This document shows positions 26,035 to 41,963 of a DNA stretch of 64,000 nt, one piece after another (positions within the stretch are counted from its first letter, which is position 1; every line of letters starts with the position of its first letter). The stretch comes from Auanema rhodensis (Eukaryota; Animalia; Nematoda), in the NCBI GenBank assembly GCA_964057225.1, contig OZ059898.1, positions 6,944,001-7,008,000 on the forward strand, written 5' to 3'. The translations under genes were made by a program, and so were the position numbers. Under the pieces are notes generated by a model. It had not been told where the DNA came from. It made no database searches and saw nothing but the letters and a program-made list of their open reading frames with translations.

Positions 26035-28255
26035 TTACTTTGAGATTTTGATAATGATTACAGTCATATTGTCACATCCGGTTCCATCTCCAGCGGTGGA
26101 ATCAGCCAAGCAAGTATCGCACAACTGAAATTTTGAATTAAAAAAGAAAAAGAAAAAAAAAGTGCTCACATCTTCAGAAATTTCTTTACAAGTTTTATTA
26201 TTACTAAAACCTTCTCTTACAAAGTCAACAACTTGTTGAGATTCGAGCGAATTCCTAGAAAATATAATTGAAGTTTTATTTTAATAATGAAACCCAATTA
26301 CCAAATTCCATCACAAGCAACAACTACAAAATCATCTTCAGGAGTAAGTTCTTCAACGCGAACATCGGGCATAGCGCTGAAGTTTTCAATATTTTTAAGA
26401 GGTCAACTATAAAAATCACCTGATCATTTGTTCAGCAAGTGAAAGTTCACCATTCTTCTTATAAGAATGATCTCCCAAGGCACGAGATAAATTTAATCCA
26501 CCATTAACACTATAAATTAAGTAAAGTCAATGTCTTCAGTGTATATATACCGTCCATCTTCATTAACAAAGCCTCCAGCCTTTTCAATACGATTTTTCTC
26601 AATGGTATCCTCCGGTTTATGATCAATAGATAAATCTATGGCTTTTCCATCGCGAGAAATGACAGCACGGGAATCACCAGCATTTGCAACAACAATCTAT
26701 AAATTTTGACATTACTTGATTTATAACAACTAACTTAACCTTATTCTTACTGATAAAACAGACACAAGCAGTAGTTCCAGAGTCATCGCCAGGAACATCA
26801 CCACCACCTGGGAAACAGACGGTCTAAAAAGGATTGTAATTAGATTATATAGACGAATAAAAACCTCGTAATCTTCTTCCTCGTCTTCATCATCATCATC
26901 TTCCTCTTCTTCATCAGCCAATTCCTCATTAAAGGAAGAATCAGACTCATCTTCATCATCAGATGCTTCAGCTCTAAAGAAAAATAATATAGCATCTTTC
27001 AAATACAATACGAGCAAACTCTTTGCTCAGAACTGGGTGAAGAAAACGCTTTAATCTAGTTCACTCTCAACTTCAGGCCTGACATAGCACGGTCAAGTTG
27101 ACACAAAATTGAATGAACAAATAAAACAAATTATCTTAAATTACTCACACGTCTCCCTTCTCCAGCTCTTTCTGCAATGAACTAGGCAGGGCATCTTCCT
27201 TTTCTTCTTCCCTGAAGATACAACGTTTTACATATTAATAATAATTATTATTACGTACTTTTCTTCTCCTTCCTTAACCTCTTCTTTTTCTTCTTTGGCA
27301 GGCTCTACATTTCCTACATCAGCATCGCCTCCTTGCTCAATAGGCGATTCTTCCGACTCAGCTCCTTCTTAAATTTAATTCTAAGATGTTTATTGAATAT
27401 TGTCAATACCGTCAGTTTTCAGTCTCTTCGATTTCTCCTTTTGAGCTGGAGATTTGCATTGTCTCTTTTTCTTCTTAGAATCGCTATCAATATCCTCACT
27501 TTCCTGAGCAAAAGTGCATTACAATTTATATAATACGTAGTAAAATAAGCAAACCATTGATTCATTTGCACATTCAACAAGCTTCTTAGTAAGCAGAGGA
27601 CGGTTACTAAGGACAGAGACGCCATATCTCAAAAATATATCTTGTAAATATAGACATAAGTAACTAACTTTGCGATTAATTCTTCCAATGGAAGTCTGCT
27701 TTCTTCGATAGTCTGAATGCGATCAGCCTCATCCGAACTATCATCAGATTCTTCCGGCTTTGCCTTGCCTGCCTCGCATAATTTCTGAAGAAAGCATATT
27801 TAATTCTTGAAAAAGTATTAGGGATACCTTCAACTCTTTCATAACGGGTTCAGATCGGAGTAAATCATCGAAATCAACAAAAATTTTTTGTAAAATAGAA
27901 ATAAATTCGTCGGACTTCCAAAACTCTCTGTATAATAAATAGGTAATTGAGAAATGGGAAGGAAAGAAATATTTACTTTTCTTTCACAAAATCAGGTAGA
28001 TGATCCGCCGTATATTTTGAAACTTCACTACCTCCATGCCCATCATAGACAGCAAACATACTCCAATCATCAGTTAGACCCGGAATGCAGTTATGAGCAT
28101 CCTTGCATAAAATTTCATAACAAAAATTTGAAGTGAATACATACCTCTTGGGTAGCTCTCCAACCTTGCATAGTACAAGATCCAAAAATAAGACCATTTC
28201 CCTCACCTACTTCTGTGTGCTTCTCCACATTAGGCTTATTCAGATAAGCTCCCAT
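26035..28255 (-). CDS. ppm-1.G: PP2C gamma (PPM1G-like) phosphatase with acidic insert
   Basis: N-myristoylation-type start MGAYLNKP; MQGWR.TQEDAH; FAVYDGHGG; D/E-rich insert; DDSGTTAC; [11 protein letters not shown]; GTGCDNMT. Confidence 0.88.
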
Positions 28256-28764
28256 CTTAACTCATCATTAAAACTCGAAAATTTTCAAATGATACAGTAA
28301 TACAAAGACACAAAAGCAGCAAATTTTCAATTTGTCGTTGTAATGAAGTAATGATTCATTTATGTCATTGTTTTGGCGAACATTCGAAAAAATCAGTTGT
28401 ATTAGGATAAAGCTTCAAATTAAAAAATGACGAAAACAGTTCGAATTTCAAATCGTAATCGAGCTCGGCTATTCTCTAAAGTTTCAAACATTCAGTCATG
28501 CAATCGCTTTAGGACCATTTTATCAAAACACACTCGCGTATGCAACTCTTTATTTTCAGTGTTATTTTTCTCATTTTCAATCAAAATTTGAATAACTTAT
28601 AAAAATAACTATGAATAACTATTTTTATTCTAATATATTCAAATTAAATTAGCGATATTTGTTCATTGTTTACATTACTTATTATAACGTAGATTGTTTA
28701 TTTTTAAAAGTAGATGCCTTTTTTTGGTCACTTTGATTACAATTATTCTTAAGGAATGAGTTAG
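28256..28764. promoter_or_regulatory. Probable bidirectional promoter between ppm-1.G and dagl-1
   Basis: Divergent ATGs about 510 nt apart; contains an E2F-like TTTGGCGAA and several TTTCAAA (CHR-like) motifs. Confidence 0.45.
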
Positions 28765-31644
28765 ATGCCGTCCCTGGTTGCTTATGGACGTCGGTGGGCA
28801 ATTGCCAGTGATGATTTTGTATTCCCGGAGTTAACAGAAGCATTTGTTCGATTAGCTTGGTGAGTTGTTTAATTTACTCCTTCTTTATATGTTCGATATT
28901 CAAGGATATTCTTCGGAGTGGTGGTTTTTATTTTCCATTTTCCTTTATCATGTACAACAAAAGATATAACATTTCCTCTTCTGATTTTGCTTGTTATTAA
29001 TGGAATTACTGTTGCTCTAGGTATAAAATATTTTTAAATCTGGATAACTTGTGGTTTTCAGCCCTTCTTACCGCTGCAATTTCATCGAGAGGTACCATCC
29101 TAAATGATATTCCCAGGAAACATGTGGGAACTCTTTTGTATATTCGGTTGCCTGTGCTTATTGTTGAAGTAATATGGACAGTAATATCTTCTATTCAGGC
29201 ATTTGGTTTGTTTACTTTATAGTTTTGAGTTCTTTACTATTGTTTAGAATCACCTGATATTGACTCTGCTTGTCATTTCACTGCTATAATCAAAGTGAAT
29301 TTATTTTTCGTTGCTTAAAATTACCTGTACAATTCAGGTCACTATTGTATTAGAATGGATTCTCATCATATGCGTTATTCTGGGAGTTATAGCAGTCTTT
29401 AATCCATTGGATGAAGATGGAATGGAAGATGTATCCATGATTGCAAGAAGAGCTTGGTCACGACGGTTTCGATTAGTAAGGATTATCAAGTTATCAAAAA
29501 ACTGTTTTTATTTAGTTCAAAATACGCCAGGATGCGTTAATGAGAGCAGCTCTGGATGATATTGCCAACTTGCTGGCGTCGTTTTTCCAGGAAGGGGATG
29601 TTGTTTTCAGTGATGTAGTCGCCGGTCTTCTACTCGTTGTTCATTCCCCCACTAATGTTAATCACCCTATCAAGTCTGTTTCACCAGGTATAAATTTGGA
29701 GTTTTGATATTAGGTTTACTTGACTGTTATATTTTATAGCTCGCCCAGAGTGGATGACAGAAAAAAATGCTTTACATTTTCTTCATTTTGCAACTTGTGT
29801 TTATGGCTGGCCAACATACTTGATGCACAACTGTGGTATTCGACCTATTACTAACTTAGTTCGCAAGCTTCAATGCTGTGGACGTTTACGATGTGATCAA
29901 GTAAGCACTAAGAGTTATTTTTCATATCGGCTATTACTCTGTTGCTTTCTCCGTTTTAACATATTTGCTAATGTATTGCCTTAACTTGTGTTGTTGTCCA
30001 GGGAACTGTAACAGATTTAACGTTCGAATTGAGAAGCTTTGATGATGAACCTCCAATTGTTGACCGATCCATAAACAAGGATGATCGAAAGGTCGAGAAA
30101 CTTTTTGCATGAAATTCTTGAAGAAACCTGTTCAGTTGCCTAATATTCAGCTTTGTAACAACATCATATACTTAACGTTTTCATGGAAACATTAATATTT
30201 GTTTCTATTCAGGTTCTTGTAATAGAAGATAATTGCTGCTTCTGTAACACTGCTGCTTTTGTCCTATCTACGGAAATCAAAAACATTGATCTCTTCTTCG
30301 TATCGTTCAGAAATCGACTTTGTGAAGTAAGTGATTCTAATGAAAAAAAAAAAAAATGAATTCATCAGGTACCGTTTGTGGTCTTCGCTGATCATGACTC
30401 TAAGAGTGTGGTGGTGACAATTAGGGGCTCTTGTTCTATTATGGATTTAATTACTGACTTATGCTTAGGTATGCTGATTTAAAACTATTCACATTATTTT
30501 ATGTTCATATCGAATTTTTAGATGATGAAATTTTGTCCATTGATGTTGATAGTGATCCAGTTCTTGCTCAAGATACAACCTTGGATAATGGGGAAGTTCG
30601 AGTTCATCGAGGCATGTTACGAAGTGCCCGCTATGTTTTTGATTCATTACGGTTAGCAAGGTGTATTGTTATTAAATCAGTTCTAGCGATTTAGAAGGCA
30701 TAGGGTTCTTGAAGACATGTTTGTTTTAAATCCAACATACAAACTTGTCGTGTGTGGACATTCATTAGGTGCTGGGGTTGCCTCGTTGCTCACTTTGTTA
30801 CTAAAGTAATTTTGGGAATCGTTTTATCTGGACACTAATTGTTTATAATCTCAGACAGCAATATCCTGATATTCAATGTTTTGCTTTCTCGCCTCCTGGG
30901 TGTGTGATCAGTGAGGAAGGCTTGGCTGAAATGGAGAATCATGTTATGAGTGTTGTTGGTGGAGATGACTTTGTTTCTCGCATTTCTTATCAGGTGTTTA
31001 TCAATATAACTACAAATTCTCTTACTATTTTATTTCAGTCAATGTTTCGATTACGTGAAAAAGTTGATCTAGAACTTCGATCATGTGACAAAGCTAAATA
31101 TGAAATACTTATTCGAGGTGTTTTTAGAATGTTCTTTAAATCACCTTGGGATGTAGCTCCCTTATCTGGTGTGTCTGGTTAGTTGAATTAAATGAACTGT
31201 TTGGGTATATAAATATGTGTATTTGAAGGAACTAATGCTGATAGGGCCAATTTAATAGCGGAAACTGCTTCAACTGCCACTTATGGAAGTGCCATACAGA
31301 TTGATGAACCTCTAGATGAGCATTTCCAACAGCCTCAGTCCTCAGCTAGAATTCAGGTTACTTAGTAGTTTTGAAGTTTCCTTAACTTTTATTTCAGCTT
31401 TATGCACCAGGGAAAGTTCTTTACATCGCAAAAGAAGAGGACTCTTTACTTAAGGAATGGATCGATCCTAGGTAATATCATAATAGCATAACTATGGTCA
31501 TAGCTTTCTTCTAGATGTTTATCAGATGTTAAGTTATCTGCATCAGCCATAACTGACCACCTTCCGAAAAATTTATCAAACGTAATGGAGCAAATAGTTC
31601 ATAGCATGGAAGAGCCAGAAAGCATAATTCACATGTCGGTTTGA
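28765..31644 (+). CDS. dagl-1: Diacylglycerol lipase (DAGL)
   Basis: [21 protein letters not shown] start; N-terminal TM helices; VHRGML; lipase nucleophile motif GHSLG; FSPPG; LYAPG; DH near the C-terminus. Confidence 0.9.
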
Positions 31645-31997
31645 TACCGAATTTCGCGTGTCATTTGGTGCTTGATTTTCACTCATAATCTATTTTTTGG
31701 GTATACTACCACATTAATATCTACATGTACATATTATTTTCTAGATTTTTAGAGATTGGGCTAATTTTGAAATATCTATATTTTTTAAAGCTATCTGTGA
31801 TTTTTATGATTATTTATTTAATCTCTCTCACATATTTAAAATTGCTTTAAGTTTTTGATAAGCTTGGAGTTTTAGCCTTTCTTTAATATTTATAAAATTT
31901 TATTATATAAATTTTTATTCGAATTCGGTATTTTGTTCCTTATAAAATACTTTTGTGTATTTAAAAAAAGCCATGCTAATGTCTTTTCACAGCATAG

Positions 31998-33999
<2,002 letters not shown>

Positions 34000-34332
34000 G
34001 TGTAATTAGCATTCCAGCTTTCTTGCATATTATTTTTTAATGTAATAATTCACACAGTACATAAACTATTTGATTTAAGCGTTTATAAAGCTTGTCATAT
34101 GTATGACATAACCAAAAAAAACCATTTGACTTAGAACTAAAACATATAACATACTAAGTTCTGTTTGAAAAAAAAGGCCTAGTTCCGTACAATGTGAGCG
34201 AAGAGATCAATCAATAACTATTAAGCAAAACATATTCCAAATTACCAGGACTTGCGTTATTCATTATGACATAAAATACCATGAGTTAGTAGCTAACAAA
34301 AAATAATCCCAGAAAAGAAGTGAGAGATTCAG

Positions 34333-35983
34333 TTAAACGTATGGTACAACTTTATGAGTTAGAATCATAAAATGTAGCAACATATGTTGCTGTTGAGGTA
34401 GTGCTGGTATAATCCCAGTACAAAAAAGGGTTGGCGAGAAAATGGTAGCAATATTTTCAACGCTCATTTTATTGGTACTACTGTGATCAGCTACTTTTCG
34501 TAAATGATTTAATAGAGCATTTAATGTGATTGCGTTCGCTTCTGAAAGCTCTTCTAATGCTTTCCTAAAAATTCAATTGAACAAGTTACAATATTTAAAA
34601 AGTTGAGCACAAACCTGCAGGAGCGAGTTCTGTCTAAAGGAGTTCTTGCACTTGAATATGCGGTGAGCAAACTCTTATATACACTAAAGGGTACTAACTG
34701 TTGTGGCAGCAGACGAAGATACATCTTGAGCAAACCACAAACGGTATGAATATCATCAACCTGAAAGTATTGAATACTTATTGAATTCCGTGGACAACTC
34801 ATGTACCAAATGTAAGTTAACATCTTGTTGAGAGTCAAATTGTCTTCGCAGTCTTTCCATATGGTCATGAGACCCCGAAACGCGGTATATACCTTCTACA
34901 TCCAAACCCCGGCTTTCAACCTAATTTTAAAATATATTACAAAATGTTTCATTATAACACATACTTCAGATATACATTTAACTAAAACGGGGGGAATAGA
35001 AACCTGGTGTGCCAGACACAACGTTGTCAAGTCAACAGCAAACATCCGCTTAACGTATTTAGCTTCAGGTCGGCAATCCTATTACAACAAAATTAAAATG
35101 GTTTCAACAAGAAAATAAAACCTGTAATGTTCGTTCTGAACACTTTTTATGAGCAGCAAATCCACAGTCTTCACATCGAACACCCTATTGTACAAATTAT
35201 ATCAATACTACGAAATATTGCAAATAGCTTACTTGCTGTACAAGTCCCCACATGAAATTTCTACAATAATCACAATAGTGCGGCATCTTAAAGGTATGAT
35301 TACTAAAATTATGAGCTCTTGTGACCGGTTTCCTAGCAACTTCATTAGATTTAGTATATTGCATGTAAGGACTTAAATTAATTTAATTAACAGAAAATAT
35401 ATTCAGCCGTAGGTACCTTTGTTCGTAAATAGCTTCATCTGCCATTCGTTTAATATAATCAGATGCATGTTTATCCATATACATAGAAATTAATCCGTCA
35501 GCAACTAAAGATTCCATACTTTCAAATCTTTTTTCGCCTACATAGTGAGTTCCATCATAATAAAGCTAAAAACAAATAGTAAGTGTTATTTTGAGATTTT
35601 TCAAATGAACCTTGTAGTTTAAAACTCTTCCGTCGAAGAACATACATAAGGTATAAGCATCAGGACATCTTCTAGATTCACGAACTAAAAATGCCCCTTC
35701 TCCAGCTTCTTTCAACATTCGATCAGCCTATATTTTTTATTGAGAAAACAAATTATAAACGCAAAACAAAAACCTCCTCTCTGTCAATGAGACCATGAAA
35801 TTCATTTCCATATTGTTGTGGTCTAGATGATAGAGACAGTCCGCATGGCACCGGTAATGGTTTTGGAGCTCGTTCTTGTAAGAGGTACAAGTTTTGTTTC
35901 CAGTAACCTGAACAAGTGCTCAATTTGCGATAGATTCTCAAAAACAAAATACCATACGATCCTCCTCCGCTATCATCATCCAT
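34333..35983 (-). CDS. chin-1: Chimaerin (SH2-C1-RhoGAP)
   Basis: SH2 (YGNEFHG, FLVRES); C1 domain (HNF...[19 protein letters not shown]); RhoGAP ([38 protein letters not shown]). Confidence 0.9.
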
Positions 35984-36451
35984 TGATATAATATCAAAAG
36001 ATTCTAAACTGCCCTGAAAATAAGATATACATTATTCTGCCCTTGTACAACAAGAATTCGATTAATAAAAAAATATTTATTTCAAAAAGACAAACAGCAT
36101 CATGAAGGTTTCTAAAACAAGGCAAAACCCGGTCTTTACAGAAAAAGCGGGTCTAAATCGGCTTTTCTTGAAATTGAAATTTATTTTTATAATTCGAAAC
36201 TGATTAATAAATTATAATTTACATCAATTTTTTCAACAGAATATTTTCAAGAGGAAACTGCTTGTTATAAAAACTTATTACAACAAAACCAGGAGTATAT
36301 AATTCAGATCACGTATTTTGTATTGCGTATTTGATTTCAATTGATTTCTCCATTTCTATTGATCCTTTATTTTTTTTTCGCGTGGTTCTTTATTTTTGTT
36401 TTTATTTTCTTCATCACTGTAAAATTTATTGTTTAATATTTCATTTCAGAA

Positions 36452-37326
36452 ATGAGGACATCAGCCGTTTGTCCTCAAATGCGAATTTTCACTTCTCGCC
36501 TGAGACATTTTTCTACTCAAACTGGTGTTACTCAAGCCCCCATAATATTTGTTAAGGGAGGTCAAAGTGCTCGGGCCAATTCTTTGTTGGGTCCTGCTGA
36601 TAAGCAATTTCCATTCCCTGGTGATGTGTCGCATAGATGCACACTCGAGGATGTTGCCGTCAAGCCTGAGTTCCCCATTCTATCTGACACTCGTCACTCT
36701 ATTCATACCTTGATGTCAGCTAATAGAGTTGATGCTGATGCCACTTATTTGAATGATTTGAAGCTGAATGCTTTAGAAGAGGCTCAAGAACGCGCAGGAG
36801 ATTGGCCAATTGAACTTTCTTTGCAAGAATGCCCCCGTCTTCTCAAAAAAGACTTAAAGTACCTGTTTCCTGATCTGAAGCTTGAAAAAGTTTCTGTTAG
36901 CGTACTCAACCTTACTCAAAAGACTCAAAATGATATGTCTGCCTGGAGTCAACAGATGGAAGAAGAAAGAGAAGTCCTTACTGCTTCCTTTGTGTCTTCT
37001 GCTCAGGCGATCTGTAATACACTACGTAATTGTGGTTACTGGGCTGATTTTGTTGATCCGTCTTCCGGAAGACCATTCTTGGGACAGTACTCTAACTATG
37101 CCCTTTTTGAAACCGATGATGTGTACAAATACATGGGATTCAAGATTGAAGATTTGGGCTGTTGCAAGGTATTTAAAACAAACAAAAAATTAATTTTAAA
37201 CTTGTTCAGGTCCTTCAACATATTGCATGGGGCACTCATGCTTTTGTTGGAACATTATTCACTGATGCTCCAATGGACAGTCAAATCGTTAAAGATATTC
37301 TGGCTAAAGTAAATGAAGAAGACTAA
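36452..37326 (+). CDS. mmad-1: MMADHC/CblD cobalamin-trafficking protein with mitochondrial presequence; 2 exons
   Basis: [55 protein letters not shown]. Single intron 37169-37210. Confidence 0.9.
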
Positions 37327-37561
37327 ATCCTTCGACAATATTGACTGCCCTTAGTAGGCAAAGTTTCGATGGCATATATGTGTGTTTAAACGTGAAAAGA
37401 TTTCTATTTAGTATTGTAAAATTGTATAAAAGACTTTTTCGTCATAAATGAATATATTTGATATAAATGTACCCTTTTCTTGTCGTTGGTTCGGCTATAT
37501 TTTACTTATATCACAATGTTGTTTCGTATTTAGCTTTACTGATTTTAAGGTAAAACCTAAG

Positions 37562-40500
37562 ATGACGAGGTTATTTATCTTACTGGTATTTGGTAGTTTT
37601 CTTGCAGTATATGCTGACATTCATAGCTGCGGAGGCTTTGTGAAGTCCTCTTTACCAATAGATTATTCGAAAATTCAGGTTAAAAAAACTAGAGTTTCTT
37701 CAAGTTTTTTTGTTGTATTTAGGTTAAACTATTGACACCTGAAGGACATATGAAACATGAAGAAGATCTGAATGCTCAAAATGGTTATTATATGATACCC
37801 ATTTATAAGAAGGGAAAATATTCATTGAAGGTTTCTGCTCCCGAAGGATGGTTTTTTGGTACGTTATCATCTTATTGCTTGTTTCACCTCACGAATAAAT
37901 TCAGAGCCTGAAAAAATAGATATTGACCTTGATGGATCAACTGACCCATGCTCTAAGAACGAAGATATTAATTTTTCTTTAACTGGTATGAAGTACGTTG
38001 TATTACGAACTATAAATTTATCTTGTAGCCTTTTCTATTAATGGTGTGGTTGAAGCTGGAGCTGGGTCTGGTCCATCTGGATTACAGCTTAGTTTAAATC
38101 AGAATGGCAAGACTATAGATACTACTATTACTGACTCTAATGGAAAATATAAATTCAAAGCTCCTCCAGGTTTGATATCAAAATACAGATGATCTCTCAT
38201 AATGTTAATAATTCTTTAGGCTCTTACGAAGTGGCTGCTGCTGCTTCGAGCTCCGCTTGTATTTCCCATGGTTCTTCAAAAGTTCAGGTTATTATTGTTT
38301 TATTACTAGTTCTGTTACCAATGATAATTATTCAGATATCTAATGGTCCTGTTAACGTTTTACCCAATTTGAAGATCAGTGGATATCATTTACACATTTC
38401 TACTCAAAACGCTGGTAAAGCCTTACCCGGAGTTAAAATTTCTGCGCTTTCCAATGACAATAAGGTAAACGTTCTTAGTATAAAGCATTTTCATGCAATT
38501 TATATTCAGCTTTCGGGATGCAAGCAAAACACCGCTAACAAAAGTTACAAGTACATTTGTGATCTTGGCATTACCTCATCGTCAGGAATCTTAGAAGTTC
38601 CATGTGCCCCTATTGGCTCATATGAAGTTGTTCCAAGTTTTAATACAGATATTACCACCTTTTCTTTCTCTCCTGCCTCTGGGGGAGTTGAAATAGCTAA
38701 TGCTGAGCAAAAAGTGCATACATGGCTTTGAAATTTTTGTAATTGTATTTTTTGCAGCTGAGTTTTAATGTTCTTGGCTTTTCTGGCAAAGGGCGTGTGT
38801 CTTCAATTGCTAAACAATTTGAAGGAGCCGAGGTACTAGTCAACGGAGCTGTCGCTGCGCAAGCTGACAAAGCTGGAAACTATATTTTGAGCGACTTAAA
38901 GGTTACAATAGACTTACAAATTTATAATAAATTGCGATATTATAGGAAGGAAACATAGAAATTACTGCACGTGCTCCCAAAACTAAGTTTTCTGTTGTAA
39001 AAACGACTTTACGCCTTCCTGATGTCAAAATTCCCGAAATAGCTGTTGAAAAGTAACGTTTGTTGTAGGGCTGGCTCATTACCATACTTTAATAGGTTTG
39101 AAATTTGTGGAAGCGTTGAAAAACTTGACAACGCCGAAAATTTGGTTTTGACTAACAAGAAGACTGGAGAATCTTTGGTTATTCGTCCTTCTCATGATGG
39201 AACATTCTGCATGTTCGTATCTCCAGCTGTTTACACAATTTCTGTATGTTTCCTGGCTAATTTTTATAACTAAGCGTTACTTCATTTAGCCTGCTGATAG
39301 TTCTTCTTCTCTAACCCCACGTGCTCTAGACATTGATTTAACTACCGGTCCCATTTCTGAGCTTCGTTTCACTCATTACAAAACTGATGCTGATGTTAGA
39401 GCCACTTGCATAGGTACTATTAACATATCATATTTTATATGGAATCATTTATTTTAGGTTCATGTGGTTCCATTTCTATGATCTTATTAGCAGGTGAAAC
39501 TGTTATTCAAACCGCAAATGGAGATGATATTACATTTAGAGACGTTGGTCCTGGAGATTATACAGGTTTTTTGTATTCTATATAATTTTCGGGCAACATA
39601 TATTTCAGTGAGACTAACCGATGACGGATTGGGATGCTGGTCTAAAAAAGAGTTACCTCTTCGTGTTGAAAGAGCTCGTCCACAACCAATCCACTTTGTT
39701 CAGGAAGGATTTGTTACTTCTATTGTACTTTCTCACCCAGCCAAATTGGTTTGTTTTCGAAAACTGTTTTCTTACATATTTAAATATTTTCCAGAGCTGG
39801 TCTCACTCTGAAAATAAAAAAATCAAGGGAGAACTCGTTGCAAATGCAGGAGTCACAAAAGTTTGTGTTCCTCTCCAAGGAAAATATGTTATTCAATTAG
39901 ACTCTTGCATGGAATTCGTACCTAACAATCTTGAAGTTTCAGGTTTGTGAAATGAGCAGGAAAGATATATTTTACACATTTTAGTTCCATCATCTATTGT
40001 CGCTGAAATGACGGCTGTTAGTGCCAAAATTTCTGGTATGGTTGTAAGTGAAGATAATCGTGCTTTCAATGTTAAAGTCAAGTAGGTAATAATCGGAAAA
40101 CACTTAGCAAATAAGTCTTTGTAGATCGGCTCATGGAGAACGTGTTGTTGTCACCTCAAATGGAGTATTTTCATTTAACGAACCACTGACCACCACAGAT
40201 GACATTATTCTTGTGCCTACTTCTGATACTCATCTTTTTGATCCTGCCAGTTTTGTACTCAAATTCAAGTAGTTTTCAATGTGTAATAGAAACATTCAAT
40301 TATGCTTTTAGTGGGAAATGCTCAGAAAAAAGTGTTGATTTCATTGCTGCTAAAGGAATTTTCGTAGAAGGAGTCATTACTCCAAAAGTGGAAGGAGCCC
40401 AGGTATTTTTTTTTAACCGGCTAGAACTTTTTGTTTTTTTTCCAGATTACTGCAGTCCACAAACTGGATTCTAATGTTGTTTTCAACACCGTTTCTGATA

Positions 40501-41963
40501 AAGCTGGAAAGTTCAAGTATTTTTTAATTTTTTTTATAAAAAGATAAATATTTTATTTAAGAGTTGGACCAGTTAGAAGGGTCGAAGACTTGTCAGTTTC
40601 AGCTGCTTTAGATGGATATTCCTTCAGTCTTATTGAAGGAAAAATTGGTGCTTTGAAAAGTGTTAAACTGAGCCAAATTTCTGTTAGTATTGTAAGTTGA
40701 TTGTAATATTTTTAAATTTAATTCAATGTAATCATATAGATGGATTCTGCCTCATCTGAAGGTTTGGATGGTGTCCTTCTGTCTGTAGTGGGAGGAAAGG
40801 AATATAGAAGTAATAATATGGTCAAACCTTCTGGAAAAATCAATTTTGTTGGATTGGTTAGTTTAATGTCGTCAATTCTTATCAGATCGCTTCTTAAGGC
40901 ACCAGGAGACTATTTCTTGCGTCCTATTCTTCAAGAATACAAGTTTGAACCATCTACTACTACTGTCACTGTGAAAGAAGGAGAACATCAACAAGTTGTT
41001 CTTAAAGGAAAACGTGTGGCATACAGGTTTAAAGATATCAAATATGGCAATATTTTAATTTTTTTTTAGTGTGTGGGGTAAAGTTCGAGAAATGTCCGGA
41101 CAATCTCTTTCGGATGTTGTTTTGGAAGCCTTATCTGAGAAGTGTGATCAACATCAATCTGAAGCCACTACTGGAACAGATGGAGTTTTCAGAATCCGTG
41201 GCTTGAAACCGGGATGCGATTATCATGTTAGCATCAAGGGTACAACTCTAACTTATTACGAAATTTCTAAAATATGATTTTTAGCTGGAACTAACGGACC
41301 TCATTGTTTCCCATCTCAGTTTGATGTTCAAATGAGTTCAGCAGATGTGAAAGGTTTAGAAATGGTTGCTTCTCCTAGAAACGAAAATGTGGAATTAGCG
41401 GTTGAGGTATTTCCAAAGCATACTAGACGAATACTATTAACAATTTAAATAGGTTGATTTCGATAACAGCTTGTCTCTTACTTCGTATAAAGTCGAAGTA
41501 TCAAGAAAAGGTGAAGTCGTGGCTCATAGTGTTGAAACAGCACCAACCTCTGTCTACTATCTCACCGGTCTTCCACGCGACGGATCAGAGTATGCTGTTC
41601 GAATTGAACCCGACAAACCTGCTCAGGCTTTCCATGCCAAAACAGGTATAAATTTTATATTTGAGCGTGTTCAAATAGTCCGTTTCAGTTTTCTTCACCG
41701 CTGATGCACCGGTTAGAGTTGTTCGTGTACCAGTAAGCTCTTCCCGCAGAGCTAGTGAAGTAGAGATCGGTATGACATCTGTTTTAGCTTTGCCATTTTT
41801 CGCTTTAGTCATGTTGGTTGTATTCAATCAGGTATGTTCATTTATTGATATATTTATTATATTTCTTCACTTTCAGAATAAGGCCTTAGAACTATCTAAG
41901 ACGGTTTACGTTAAGTTAACTCAATCGAACAGCCCTACTCGCGATCGCCGGAGAAGAAAATAA
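37562..41963 (+). CDS. nra-4: Nodal modulator (NOMO) orthologue, ER type I membrane protein
   Basis: Signal peptide then HSCGGFVKS..IDYSKIQVKLLT.EG.MK; PEGWFFEP; GDYFLRPILQEYKFEP; C-terminal TM and basic tail RDRRRRK*. Confidence 0.88.
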
